From Candidatus Saccharimonadota bacterium (GTDB lineage Bacteria; Patescibacteriota; Microgenomatia; UBA1406; GWC2-37-13): DNA of 32,000 nucleotides. The stretch's first letter is position 1. Each line of letters begins with the position of its first letter. Positions 22,909 through 31,424 of this stretch are shown piece after piece. Under the pieces are notes generated by a model, which worked only from the letters and a program-made list of their open reading frames with translations, was not told the origin of the DNA and did no database searches. The translations under genes were made by a program, and so were the position numbers. The DNA is taken from NCBI GenBank assembly GCA_016700135.1, contig CP065004.1:540001-572000 (forward strand), given 5' to 3'.

Positions 22909-23385
22909 TTATTCTATCTGTTTTCTGACCACAATTTCAAACTCTTTAAATCCGTTACGCAAATATCCGTTTACACTCTCATCATGACCTTTCAGGATCG
23001 GTGCATGGAGAGATGTGACCTGTTTTGACTTTGCGTACTCTTCAGTTTTTCCCAGCAGTTCTTTGATAATACCCTGATCTTTGTATTCCTGCATGACGAT
23101 CAGATCGGAAATGAGTGCAAACTTCCTTGCTTTTCTGAAATGTTTTTTGTCTTCTTCGATATAAACGGAAACCATCCCAACTATATTTCCGTCAATTTCT
23201 ACGACGAATATTTTTCCCCGGCCAGCTTCACAGACTTCAAGCAAGTGCTCGAGATATTCGTGGGCAATTTTTATTCCTTCCAGTCTGTGAGGGTCCATCA
23301 TCCGTTCAAAATCCTGAAGCTCAATAAGACATTGCTTAATGCCGTCAACATCGTGGTTTGTGTATTCTCGTATGATATGTGCCAT
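22909..23385 (-). CDS. GNAT family N-acetyltransferase
   Basis: 158 aa. Typical motif A region ISDLIVMQEYKDQGIIKELL (Q/RxxGxG/A-like) and the overall size and pattern of GNATs. Confidence 0.8.
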   Translation of the reverse strand: MAHIIREYTNHDVDGIKQCLIELQDFERMMDPHRLEGIKIAHEYLEHLLEVCEAGRGKIFVVEIDGNIVGMVSVYIEEDKKHFRKARKFALISDLIVMQEYKDQGIIKELLGKTEEYAKSKQVTSLHAPILKGHDESVNGYLRNGFKEFEIVVRKQIE

Positions 23386-23451
23386 AAAAAAAGTATACAG
23401 GATTTGAGGCGGGAAATTGACAACAGGTCGGGGGATATATATAGTTAATGT

Positions 23452-24291
23452 ATGTTCGGGATCAGCAATCGTCTTACTCTATCAGCCTTTATCGGTTTTG
23501 TCCTTGTGAGCGGGGTATTCATTACCTTTCAAGTTGCAAAAACGAATTCAATGTTTTGCAAATATAAAGATCCGTATATATGCGGATTTTTTTCCCATAT
23601 CACTGGAGGATCTCTCAAAAAATTACAGGGAGAATACGTTGAATCGCATCAAAATATTCAGGTATATCATGCTGACTGGAAACTCTCAGGAGACGAGCAG
23701 GAAATGCTTTATAAAGATGATGTCTCAGAACAAATGCATGTGATTATGGTTGATGAAAAGGTATATTTGAAAGATTACACAGACGGCCGCTGGTGGGAAC
23801 AATCCATTGAAACTCTGGAAGAGTATGAAACAAAGCTGCCGTTTGAACCTTCAGTATTTATCGGAAATCTCAAATCATATTTTGAAAACGAGGACAACAA
23901 TATCTATTTTATCCAGGAGGATATATGCGGAGCAGACAGTTGCAGGAAGTATGCATTATCATTACGGGAAAACGATGTAAAAAAAGTATATTTTTATATA
24001 TCAGAAAAAGACTCAACTCTGAAAAAAGTTCAGGTTCAAACCGATTCGCTTCATCAGGAACTGAGTATCCTGAATCGGGAGCCGAAGATAGAAAAACCGG
24101 AACATGATGTAAAAGTAGCAAAAGCAGGTGAAAATATTTTTGTTGAAAACTTTCTCCAGCGCACACAGCAGTCCAGAAAGACTCCTGACTACGTAAAAGA
24201 GTTCGAACAGATCCGGTTGCAGGAAGAAGATATTGATCTTTTGGGGCTCCCGGAATACGTCAACGATGAAGCAACAGATTCTGCTCGCTAA
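23452..24291 (+). CDS. Hypothetical membrane-anchored/exported protein
   Basis: 279 aa. N-terminal TM/signal anchor LTLSAFIGFVLVSGVFITF. No recognisable domain. Confidence 0.7.
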   Translation: MFGISNRLTLSAFIGFVLVSGVFITFQVAKTNSMFCKYKDPYICGFFSHITGGSLKKLQGEYVESHQNIQVYHADWKLSGDEQEMLYKDDVSEQMHVIMVDEKVYLKDYTDGRWWEQSIETLEEYETKLPFEPSVFIGNLKSYFENEDNNIYFIQEDICGADSCRKYALSLRENDVKKVYFYISEKDSTLKKVQVQTDSLHQELSILNREPKIEKPEHDVKVAKAGENIFVENFLQRTQQSRKTPDYVKEFEQIRLQEEDIDLLGLPEYVNDEATDSAR

Positions 24292-24358
24292 TACTTACCT
24301 TCTTTTTACTCATTTTTGCCCTGCGATTCATTACCTATCACTATAGTTAAAGTACCTG

Positions 24359-24403
24359 AAGCTGATAGTGTCATCCGTTAAAACGGCACTGAACTATCAG
24401 CTT
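24359..24403 (+). terminator. Long hairpin, probable terminator of 23452-24291 (or a leader structure of the next gene)
   Basis: aagctgatagt...actatcagctt is an 11-bp outer stem enclosing an inner ccgt-taaa-acgg hairpin. It is followed by tcttgttta. Confidence 0.5.
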
Positions 24404-24454
24404 TCTTGTTTATACATGGATTACAAATTATGTTACAGATTGGAGGTGAAAAAA

Positions 24455-24961
24455 ATGAAACATACCGTATTTGCATTATTTCATGACAGCAAAGCTGCAG
24501 GAGAAGCAGTAGCTGAACTGAAAAATATGGATTTTACCGAAGACATATCGCTCGTCGCTCAGCGTCCCAACGAAGACGATGCAGATACCCATCAAATCAA
24601 GCAGGATGTGACTGACGGTACAGTTGCCGGTGCCGCTGTCGGAGGCGTTACCGGTATATTAGCCGGAATTATTGCCGGGCTGACTTCCGTTGCCATTCCC
24701 GGTGCGGGTGTACTTCTCGTAGGCGGCCCTCTGCTTGCGACTTGGGGGATTACGGGAGGAGTGCTTGGGGCATTAACCGGAGGATTAGTCGGTGCACTGG
24801 TAGATTTGGGAGTTCCTGAGGAGACCGCAAAAGTGTACGAGGAACGCATCAGAGCTGGAGAAGTCTTAGTAGCAGTCCAAACAAACCACGAAGCTGAAGA
24901 AGATGTTCAGGAAACGCTTAATACACACGGAGCAACAGAAAGCTTTATCGTGCATGCCTAA
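24455..24961 (+). CDS. Glycine-zipper membrane stress protein (general stress protein 17M / DUF1269-like)
   Basis: I start it at ATG 24455, which follows GGAGGTG with 7 nt spacing. MKHTVFALFHDSKAAGEAVAELKN..., then GAAVGGVTGILAGIIAGL...GGVLGALTGGLVGALVDLGVPEE...YEERIRAGEVLVAV. Confidence 0.8.
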   Translation: MKHTVFALFHDSKAAGEAVAELKNMDFTEDISLVAQRPNEDDADTHQIKQDVTDGTVAGAAVGGVTGILAGIIAGLTSVAIPGAGVLLVGGPLLATWGITGGVLGALTGGLVGALVDLGVPEETAKVYEERIRAGEVLVAVQTNHEAEEDVQETLNTHGATESFIVHA

Positions 24962-24973
24962 CTATTTCTGAAT

Positions 24974-25013
24974 GGAGATGGCTCGAGACTGCGGGCCATC
25001 TCTTGTTCGGTTT
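24974..25013 (+). terminator. Rho-independent terminator after the stress-protein gene
   Basis: ggagatggc (24974-24982) pairs with gccatctct (24995-25003), followed by the T-rich tgttcggttt. Confidence 0.55.
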
Positions 25014-25032
25014 GAGATGCTATAATTCCTTT

Positions 25033-25674
25033 ATGAAGAATGCGATTATTTTCCTTCACGGCAATCTCTCTGACACTTCATCTATCCGCAACTTTCTATC
25101 CGAAGATTCATTAATATTATGTGCAGACGGTGGGGCTGAACATGCCCGTAAAATCGGCCTAGTTCCGGATGTAGTAATCGGTGATTTCGACTCGATTTCT
25201 CAATCAGACAGAGCCCTATTAGAAGAAAAAAAAGTGACATGTATTTCATACCCAAGGGAAAAGGATTATACCGATGCTGAACTTGCCGTCCGATATGCAG
25301 TAGATCGGGGGGCAGATGAGATTATTATTACCGGACTTTTGGGAGATAGGGTTGACCACATGACGGCAAATATGTTTTTTTTGGCTGAGTTGTCAGCAGA
25401 GAAGGATATCCGTATCATTGAAAGAGATCAGGAGATCAGATTTGTCGATAGGGTTATTGAAATAACCGGAAAAAAGGGAGATGAGATATCTCTCGTCCCG
25501 ATCAAAAGTGATTGCCAGGGTATTACAACGGAAGGATTGTATTATCCTTTGTCTGATGCGGCTCTACCGTTAGGAAGTACAAGAGGGATAAGCAATGTAA
25601 TGCTTTCTCACAAAGCAAAAGTCACCGTTACGCAGGGGGTATTGATGGTTGTTCATCGCAGAATGCGTTATTGA
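25033..25674 (+). CDS. thiN: Thiamine pyrophosphokinase
   Basis: From ATG 25033: MKNAIIFLHGNL..., CADGGAEHARKIGLVPDVVIGDFDSI, KDYTDAELAV, ITGLLGDRVDH, and a C-terminal thiamine-binding region (GLYYPL...GISN). Confidence 0.85.
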   Translation: MKNAIIFLHGNLSDTSSIRNFLSEDSLILCADGGAEHARKIGLVPDVVIGDFDSISQSDRALLEEKKVTCISYPREKDYTDAELAVRYAVDRGADEIIITGLLGDRVDHMTANMFFLAELSAEKDIRIIERDQEIRFVDRVIEITGKKGDEISLVPIKSDCQGITTEGLYYPLSDAALPLGSTRGISNVMLSHKAKVTVTQGVLMVVHRRMRY

Positions 25675-26867
25675 CGGTTATACTCTCTCAGAGCTTTCTT
25701 CAAAAGCTCAATTGATCGTTCAAGACTGGGGATCTCAAGAACGTATGCTATTCTAACCATCTTTTTTCCGTCTTCAGGATTTTTGTAGAAACCGTATCCC
25801 GGAGCCATCATGACGGTTTCATTGTTGTCACGGAACTCTTCCAAAAGCCAGATACAAAACGCTTCAGCGTTATCAACCGGCAACTCTGCCATGATATAAA
25901 ATGCCCCCTCCGGGAGTGTAACTTTGACGTCCGGAATCGCGGACAGTCCAGCATACATTGTATCCCTTCTTTTCCTGTATTCAGTCTGAATCTCCTTGAT
26001 ATACCCATCCGGAACTCTAGTCAGTTGAGATCCGACATACTGATCAATAAGACCTCCAGAAAGTCTGCTCATGGCAAACTTCAGCGCACCTTTTAATATT
26101 CCTTCATTCAGAGTAATGAGTGATCCCAAACGTGCTCCGCAAAGATTGTATCTTTTCGATAAGCTGTCTATTAGAATACCTTGATCAGGAATGTCCTGTA
26201 TATAATCAAGAATTGATACATGAGGACGGTCAATAAAGATATACTCGCGATAGACTTCATCAGCAATCAAAAATAAGTTATGTTTCTTTATTAAATCGAT
26301 CAGCAACTTAATTTCTTCTTTTTGATATACCGTACCGGTGGGATTGGAGGGTGAAGAGTATAGGATTGCCTTTGTCTTTTCCGTAATCCTTGACTCAATT
26401 TCTTCCGTGTCTGGAAGATGAAATCCTGCTTCAATTTTGGTGGGTATCGGGACGAGAGTGATTCCCCACAACTGTGCTGATGTCTGATAACTGCTGTAGT
26501 ACGGTTCAAAAATCAGGATCTCATCCCCCGGATCACACACTGCAAACATAGCCATATTTATGGCTTCGGAGCCTGCTATTGTTCCGATTATATGTTCGCT
26601 TTTGATAAACGAAAAACCTAGTTGATAATAATAGTGTACGAGCGCCTGTAAGTATTCAGGGGTACCTCCGGACGGGGCGTATGCTATCGGGTTTTGATTC
26701 CAGTTCTGAAGTGCCGATATCATGACGTCAGGACTTTTAACGTCAGGCTGTCCCATATTTAAGTGATAAATCGAAACCCCTTCTTTTTTTGCCCTGTCGG
26801 CAAGCGGGATGAGTTTTCGGATAGAAGATACCGGCAGATTGTTTATGCGTTTGGAAAGAGATTTCAT
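25668..26867 (-). CDS. PLP-dependent aminotransferase, class I/II (aspartate/aromatic aminotransferase-like)
   Basis: 399 aa. SPSNPTG, ADEVY, and the SLSKRYNLCGARLG Schiff-base lysine motif. Confidence 0.9.
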   Translation of the reverse strand: MKSLSKRINNLPVSSIRKLIPLADRAKKEGVSIYHLNMGQPDVKSPDVMISALQNWNQNPIAYAPSGGTPEYLQALVHYYYQLGFSFIKSEHIIGTIAGSEAINMAMFAVCDPGDEILIFEPYYSSYQTSAQLWGITLVPIPTKIEAGFHLPDTEEIESRITEKTKAILYSSPSNPTGTVYQKEEIKLLIDLIKKHNLFLIADEVYREYIFIDRPHVSILDYIQDIPDQGILIDSLSKRYNLCGARLGSLITLNEGILKGALKFAMSRLSGGLIDQYVGSQLTRVPDGYIKEIQTEYRKRRDTMYAGLSAIPDVKVTLPEGAFYIMAELPVDNAEAFCIWLLEEFRDNNETVMMAPGYGFYKNPEDGKKMVRIAYVLEIPSLERSIELLKKALREYNRQ

Positions 26868-26967
26868 TTGAAATTATTGTACCATGATATCCAGAGATAA
26901 GTTCGGATTGCTTCACGCAAAAACCAATTATGCTTTACTGACATATAAGAGGTGTATAATATCCCGT

Positions 26968-28488
26968 ATGTCTACAAAACGCAAGATTCCGGCTACCATG
27001 GTGACACAGCATCCTGATCATGCACATACTCCCTATTGGCATTATCGTCCTTTCATAAGTACACAGGAAGAGCCGTATGAACTATATCTTTCGTTTAAGG
27101 AACTTGGTGCTACTGAATACAAATGGGATTGGGAAGGGAAGCTTGTCGATGAAGCGATCGTTGAGAGGATCATGGGAGAGTATTATGACTACTTCAAAGA
27201 TACCCAGATCGGGAAGGATAAGTTTATTACCTTTCGGCTTCCTAATCCAAAAGTTGAGACGGAATATCGTTTGGGAAGAGCGTTTATGGGAATCATTGCA
27301 GCATCAGGACTGGCAAATAGCATAGGGCTCTCAGGCAATCCTTTGTTTGAAGTTATTTTGCCGATGACGGAATCGGCAAAAGAAATGTATGATGTCCAGT
27401 CAGCTTTCCGTGAAATGGCAGCTATACGTCACCCGCTACTCAAAAGGAGAGATGAGGATATCGAACACATTGAACTGATCCCGTTGTTCGAGGACATTAA
27501 TACTATCTCAAATTCCGACAAAATATTGGAGGAGTATATGCAAATGCACATACAGGGATTTGATTCTAAACCTGAATATCTCAGACCTTACGTTGCAAGA
27601 TCTGATCCTGCTCTGAATGCGGGGATTGTCCCGACGGTCCTTGCAATAAAAATTGCTCTTTCTAAGTATGATGATTTTTCCAAAAAATATGAAATTCCGC
27701 TTTATCCAATGATCGGAGCTGCTGCTTTGCCGTTCAGGGGAGGGATATCTCCCTGGACAGTCGATGCCTTCATGAACGAGTATGCAGGTGTGAGAACAAC
27801 AACTATTCAGAGTGCATTCCGGTACGACTTCCCAAAAAATGACGTGATTGAGGCTCTGCAAAAGATAGAATCAGGTTTTCCGAAAACTGAAACCAGAAAA
27901 ATTTCTCGTGAAGAAGAAATAATAATCCGGGAGATTATGTCAATTTTTACTCGATACTATCAGGAGACGGTGGTAAAGATAGCGCCTCTTATCAACCAAA
28001 TTTCTAAACACATTCCGAAAAGAAGAGAGCGGGTCCAGCATGTCGGACTCTTCGGATACTCACGAGGAGTGGGAGAAGTAAAACTTCCGAGAGCGATAAC
28101 ATTTACAGCATCACTATATTCAGTCGGCGTGCCTCCTGAACTTATAGGAACAGGTCGTGGACTAATGAACTTAAAATGTAATAAAATGCAGAAACATGAA
28201 GAAGTACTTGAAAAGCATTATCTTAATATTCGTTCAGATTTATTGAACGTGCTTGCTTATACCAATATTGACGTTATTCAGGAACTGGCAAAACAAACTA
28301 TAGGATTCGATATGATCCTTGAAGATCTTCATGGCGTGCAAACATTTTTAGGTGAAGAGCCGGTACTTACGGATGAACAAATGGAACATAAAAGAATAAC
28401 TTCAGAGATATTCGAACGTATAAACCGGGGGAAGGACGTGGAAAAGCTTATTGAAAAGGCAGCTTTGTTAAGAAGAAGTCTAGGCTAA
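26968..28488 (+). CDS. ppcA: Archaeal-type phosphoenolpyruvate carboxylase (PepcA family)
   Basis: From ATG 26968: MSTKRKIPATMVTQHPDHA... is the conserved N-terminus of PepcA. At about 506 aa it is far shorter than the ~900-aa bacterial Ppc. The C-terminus ends in G. Confidence 0.8.
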   Translation: MSTKRKIPATMVTQHPDHAHTPYWHYRPFISTQEEPYELYLSFKELGATEYKWDWEGKLVDEAIVERIMGEYYDYFKDTQIGKDKFITFRLPNPKVETEYRLGRAFMGIIAASGLANSIGLSGNPLFEVILPMTESAKEMYDVQSAFREMAAIRHPLLKRRDEDIEHIELIPLFEDINTISNSDKILEEYMQMHIQGFDSKPEYLRPYVARSDPALNAGIVPTVLAIKIALSKYDDFSKKYEIPLYPMIGAAALPFRGGISPWTVDAFMNEYAGVRTTTIQSAFRYDFPKNDVIEALQKIESGFPKTETRKISREEEIIIREIMSIFTRYYQETVVKIAPLINQISKHIPKRRERVQHVGLFGYSRGVGEVKLPRAITFTASLYSVGVPPELIGTGRGLMNLKCNKMQKHEEVLEKHYLNIRSDLLNVLAYTNIDVIQELAKQTIGFDMILEDLHGVQTFLGEEPVLTDEQMEHKRITSEIFERINRGKDVEKLIEKAALLRRSLG

Positions 28489-28697
28489 TTTATCTTACTT
28501 ACTTTTAATCGTGTTCTTATATGATTTTGTCTTCCGGGGCATATCATAGCCTTATGACGAAAATGCAATCCTTGCTTACTAACCCTTTCGTACTTACTTT
28601 TTTTATGATTATGGCAATGTATTTGGCGATACGACCTGCTTCTGCATAATCAATATTTCTTCTTTCAGTAGAGAGTGTGATCCTGTATACTGTCTCC

Positions 28698-29255
28698 ATG
28701 TCGATAAAACCGGATCATTGGATAAGGAAAATGGCTCATGAACACAAAATGATTGATCCTTTTGAAGATCGTCTTGTCAGGAACGGAAAAGTATCATATG
28801 GATTATCTTCATTCGGGTATGATTTACGGGTTGCTGATGAGTTTAAGATTTTTACGAATGTTCATTCAGCAGTTGTGGATCCGAAGAAATTTGATGAGAA
28901 GTCTTTTGTAGATGTCCGTGATCAAGGGTATGTCCTTATTCCTCCTAATTCTTTTGCGCTTACCAGAAGTCTTGAATATTTGAAAATACCGAAGAACGTT
29001 TTAGGTCTTTGTATCGGTAAATCTACCTATGCAAGATGCGGTATTATTGTGAATGTTACGCCTCTTCAACCGGAATGGGAAGGTTCTCTTATTATCGAAA
29101 TATCAAATACCACACCATTGCCGGCAAAAATTTATGCAGGCGAGGGGATTGCTGAAATACTCTTTTTTGAGGCAGACGAGAGTCCGGAGAAATCATATCA
29201 GGAGCTTTCGGGAGCGTATTCTCATCAAAAAAGCATCGTTCTTCCTAAAGTCTGA
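28698..29255 (+). CDS. dcd: dCTP deaminase
   Basis: From ATG 28698: [22 protein letters not shown]...[13 protein letters not shown]...[10 protein letters not shown]...PEWEG.LIIEISN, the characteristic Dcd/dUTPase-fold motifs. Confidence 0.9.
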   Translation: MSIKPDHWIRKMAHEHKMIDPFEDRLVRNGKVSYGLSSFGYDLRVADEFKIFTNVHSAVVDPKKFDEKSFVDVRDQGYVLIPPNSFALTRSLEYLKIPKNVLGLCIGKSTYARCGIIVNVTPLQPEWEGSLIIEISNTTPLPAKIYAGEGIAEILFFEADESPEKSYQELSGAYSHQKSIVLPKV

Positions 29256-29287
29256 TCTTCATATTCCCAGTTTTATATAATATAGTT

Positions 29288-30979
29288 ATGAAACGATCGT
29301 TTTCGTTATTTACCCTTTTTTTCGGTATTTTTCTTCTGGTGCTGTCTCCTGTATGGGCGGAATCCGCGCCAAATAATAAATTCGGTATACACCTTGCGCA
29401 GCCTTCTGACGAGGATATTGATCGTGCTCAGCAACTTGTGAACTCACAAAATGGCACCTGGGGATATGTTACTCTCGTGATACATGAAGATGACAGAAGC
29501 ATCGATAAATGGCAGCCAATTTTTGATAAATTGAGAGAACGGAGCCTCATACCAATAATAAGACTTGCAACAAAGCCAGACGGGGGTAATTGGGAAAGAC
29601 CTTATAGTGATGATGCGGAAGAATGGGCAGATTTTTTGAACAACCTAAACTGGGTGGTGAAGAATCGTTACATTATTTTGTTCAATGAACCGAATCATGC
29701 AACAGAATGGGGGGGCAAAGTGGATGCACAGAATTTTGCCGAGGTTACTGAGGAGTTTGCAAGGAAACTAAAAGAATCAAATAGTGATTTTTTTGTGATG
29801 CTTGGCGGAGTAGACCTTGCGGCGCCGTCAGCAAAGCCGAATTATGAAGATGCTGCGGTATTTATGCGGGAAACTGTTGAGGCAATCGGGGTTGAAGATT
29901 ATAATACCTACTTTGACGGTTTGGCATCCCACTCATATCCGAACCCCGGGTTCATCGGTTCACCACTTGCAACGGGCCGAACTACTATACGGGGATACGA
30001 ATGGGAACTGTCTTTACTGAGAGGTATGGGTGTGAAGGAGCTTCCCGTTTTTATTACGGAGACAGGCTGGAATGGTGATGTGATACCAAGAGACCAAATA
30101 GCTGAAAATTTTCGCTATGCATATCAGCAGATCTGGCTGCGTGATGACCGGGTTGTTGCGGTGACGCCGTTTGTCCTGAATTATCAGGGAGAGCCTTTTC
30201 TCAAATTTTCATGGGTACAGCTGAATAATGTTGGGGTATATCCCGAGTTTGAGACGGTACAAGATATGGAAAAACAACGAGGCAGGCCTGAAATCGACGA
30301 AAAAGGCAGTATTGAGTTCGAACTTCCCCGGGAAATTGTCGAAAAATCAACGTATCATTTCCGTGTTGAGCTAAAAAATACCGGACAGGCAATCTGGAGT
30401 GAAGAAAACGGGTATTCATTCATTTTACACGGTATCCCGAAAACACAGTATCTTGTGTCATCACTCGGTGAAATCAAACCGGATGATACCCGCCTTATTG
30501 ATGTGTATTTCTCAACCGAGGAAGCAATCGGAGAATCACGGACGAAATTCGTTCTGAATAGAGATGACCAACCTGTTATTGAGAGCGGCAACTGGGATTA
30601 TGAAGTAGTGCCGTTACCGTCACTTAGTATTGACGTATCGGTTTTTCCAAAACTTAAAACCACTGACGGTGATTTCGAAATACAGGTTTTTGACCAATAT
30701 GAACAGATAGTTTTTAAGCAGAAAAATATCAAGGTGACTGACGGGGTAGGATATATCCCGAAAGTTGAGAACATTGCCTTAGGTGATACATACAGGGTTG
30801 TATTGCTGAAAAAAAATTATCTTCCTCGACAGGAACATATCGTTTTCAAGAAGGGGAGTAATGAAATCGAATTTGAGAGGATGCTTCCGCTTGATTTTGA
30901 TGGAGACGGTGCTTTTAGGTTCAAAGATATTCCTGCATTATTCAAAAACCTGAAGCTTCTCGGACTCTGGGCACCCTGA
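29288..30979 (+). CDS. Secreted glycoside-hydrolase-like protein (clan GH-A TIM-barrel motifs) with C-terminal beta-sandwich region and dockerin/EF-hand-like DxDGDG motif
   Basis: 563 aa. Signal peptide MKRSFSLFTLFFGIFLLVLSPVWA, LFNEPNH (acid/base NEP motif), FITETGW (nucleophile Glu context) and C-terminal LDFDGDGAF. The family and substrate are not determinable by eye. Confidence 0.65.
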   Translation: MKRSFSLFTLFFGIFLLVLSPVWAESAPNNKFGIHLAQPSDEDIDRAQQLVNSQNGTWGYVTLVIHEDDRSIDKWQPIFDKLRERSLIPIIRLATKPDGGNWERPYSDDAEEWADFLNNLNWVVKNRYIILFNEPNHATEWGGKVDAQNFAEVTEEFARKLKESNSDFFVMLGGVDLAAPSAKPNYEDAAVFMRETVEAIGVEDYNTYFDGLASHSYPNPGFIGSPLATGRTTIRGYEWELSLLRGMGVKELPVFITETGWNGDVIPRDQIAENFRYAYQQIWLRDDRVVAVTPFVLNYQGEPFLKFSWVQLNNVGVYPEFETVQDMEKQRGRPEIDEKGSIEFELPREIVEKSTYHFRVELKNTGQAIWSEENGYSFILHGIPKTQYLVSSLGEIKPDDTRLIDVYFSTEEAIGESRTKFVLNRDDQPVIESGNWDYEVVPLPSLSIDVSVFPKLKTTDGDFEIQVFDQYEQIVFKQKNIKVTDGVGYIPKVENIALGDTYRVVLLKKNYLPRQEHIVFKKGSNEIEFERMLPLDFDGDGAFRFKDIPALFKNLKLLGLWAP

Positions 30980-31424
30980 TAAGTCACTCTCCCCCGGGAA
31001 AAAGAGGGAAGAGAGGAGAGGTTTAAAAGATTGTCATGACAATATAAATCCTTTACAAGGTTATAAAAGGGAAGCAAAAAAGTACCTAAAAACGCGTCGT
31101 TTAATGTAATATTAGAGTGTTTTTTTGAAATTTTGACCTTGGCCGGAAATATTAATTTTTCTTCTAAATTTGTATTTTTTATAAAAATATTATTGTTTTT
31201 ATTCAAGATAAATTAATTTTTTCTTGACGGGGGAGAGGTTTTAGAATTTTATGGATTTGAAGAGAGGGTCTGAGGAAAGGGGGACGAAGATGGAAAGGAC
31301 TACTCTATCAGCCTGCCTTCTAATTTAGCTTATTATTAAGCCAAAATGCGAATGATATTCTCTGGCATATCGACTAAAATAGTAACCCGTAAGGGTGAGT
31401 ATTATTATTGATTCGAAATCTATT

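Noticed and set aside
24368-24454. N-terminal extensions suggested by the ORF track (24368 for the stress protein; likewise 25003 for thiN, 26884 for ppcA and 28677 for dcd)
   Set aside because: The extensions begin at non-ATG or poorly placed codons. They add non-conserved residues, and in two cases they overlap a terminator hairpin. The internal ATGs give the family-typical N-termini ([46 protein letters not shown]). 24455 also has a GGAGGTG Shine-Dalgarno sequence.
27508-27861. 117-aa minus-strand ORF
   Set aside because: It is antisense within the PEP carboxylase gene, so it is a shadow ORF.
30817-31206. 129-aa minus-strand ORF
   Set aside because: It overlaps the 3' end of the well-supported hydrolase-like gene and then runs through the AT-rich and purine-tract intergenic region. 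The translation is low-complexity (Asn/Lys/Ser/Leu runs).
31268-31400. RNase P RNA-like motifs (gaggaaag... and ...gtaagggtga about 117 nt apart)
   Set aside because: Only these two short strings resemble the conserved P4 and J15/16-area sequences. The GAGGAAAG is not followed by UCC(G/A)GGC, and there is no 3' P4 strand (ACAGAAnnCGGCUUA). The region ends in a CDS 25 nt later, so it is far too short.
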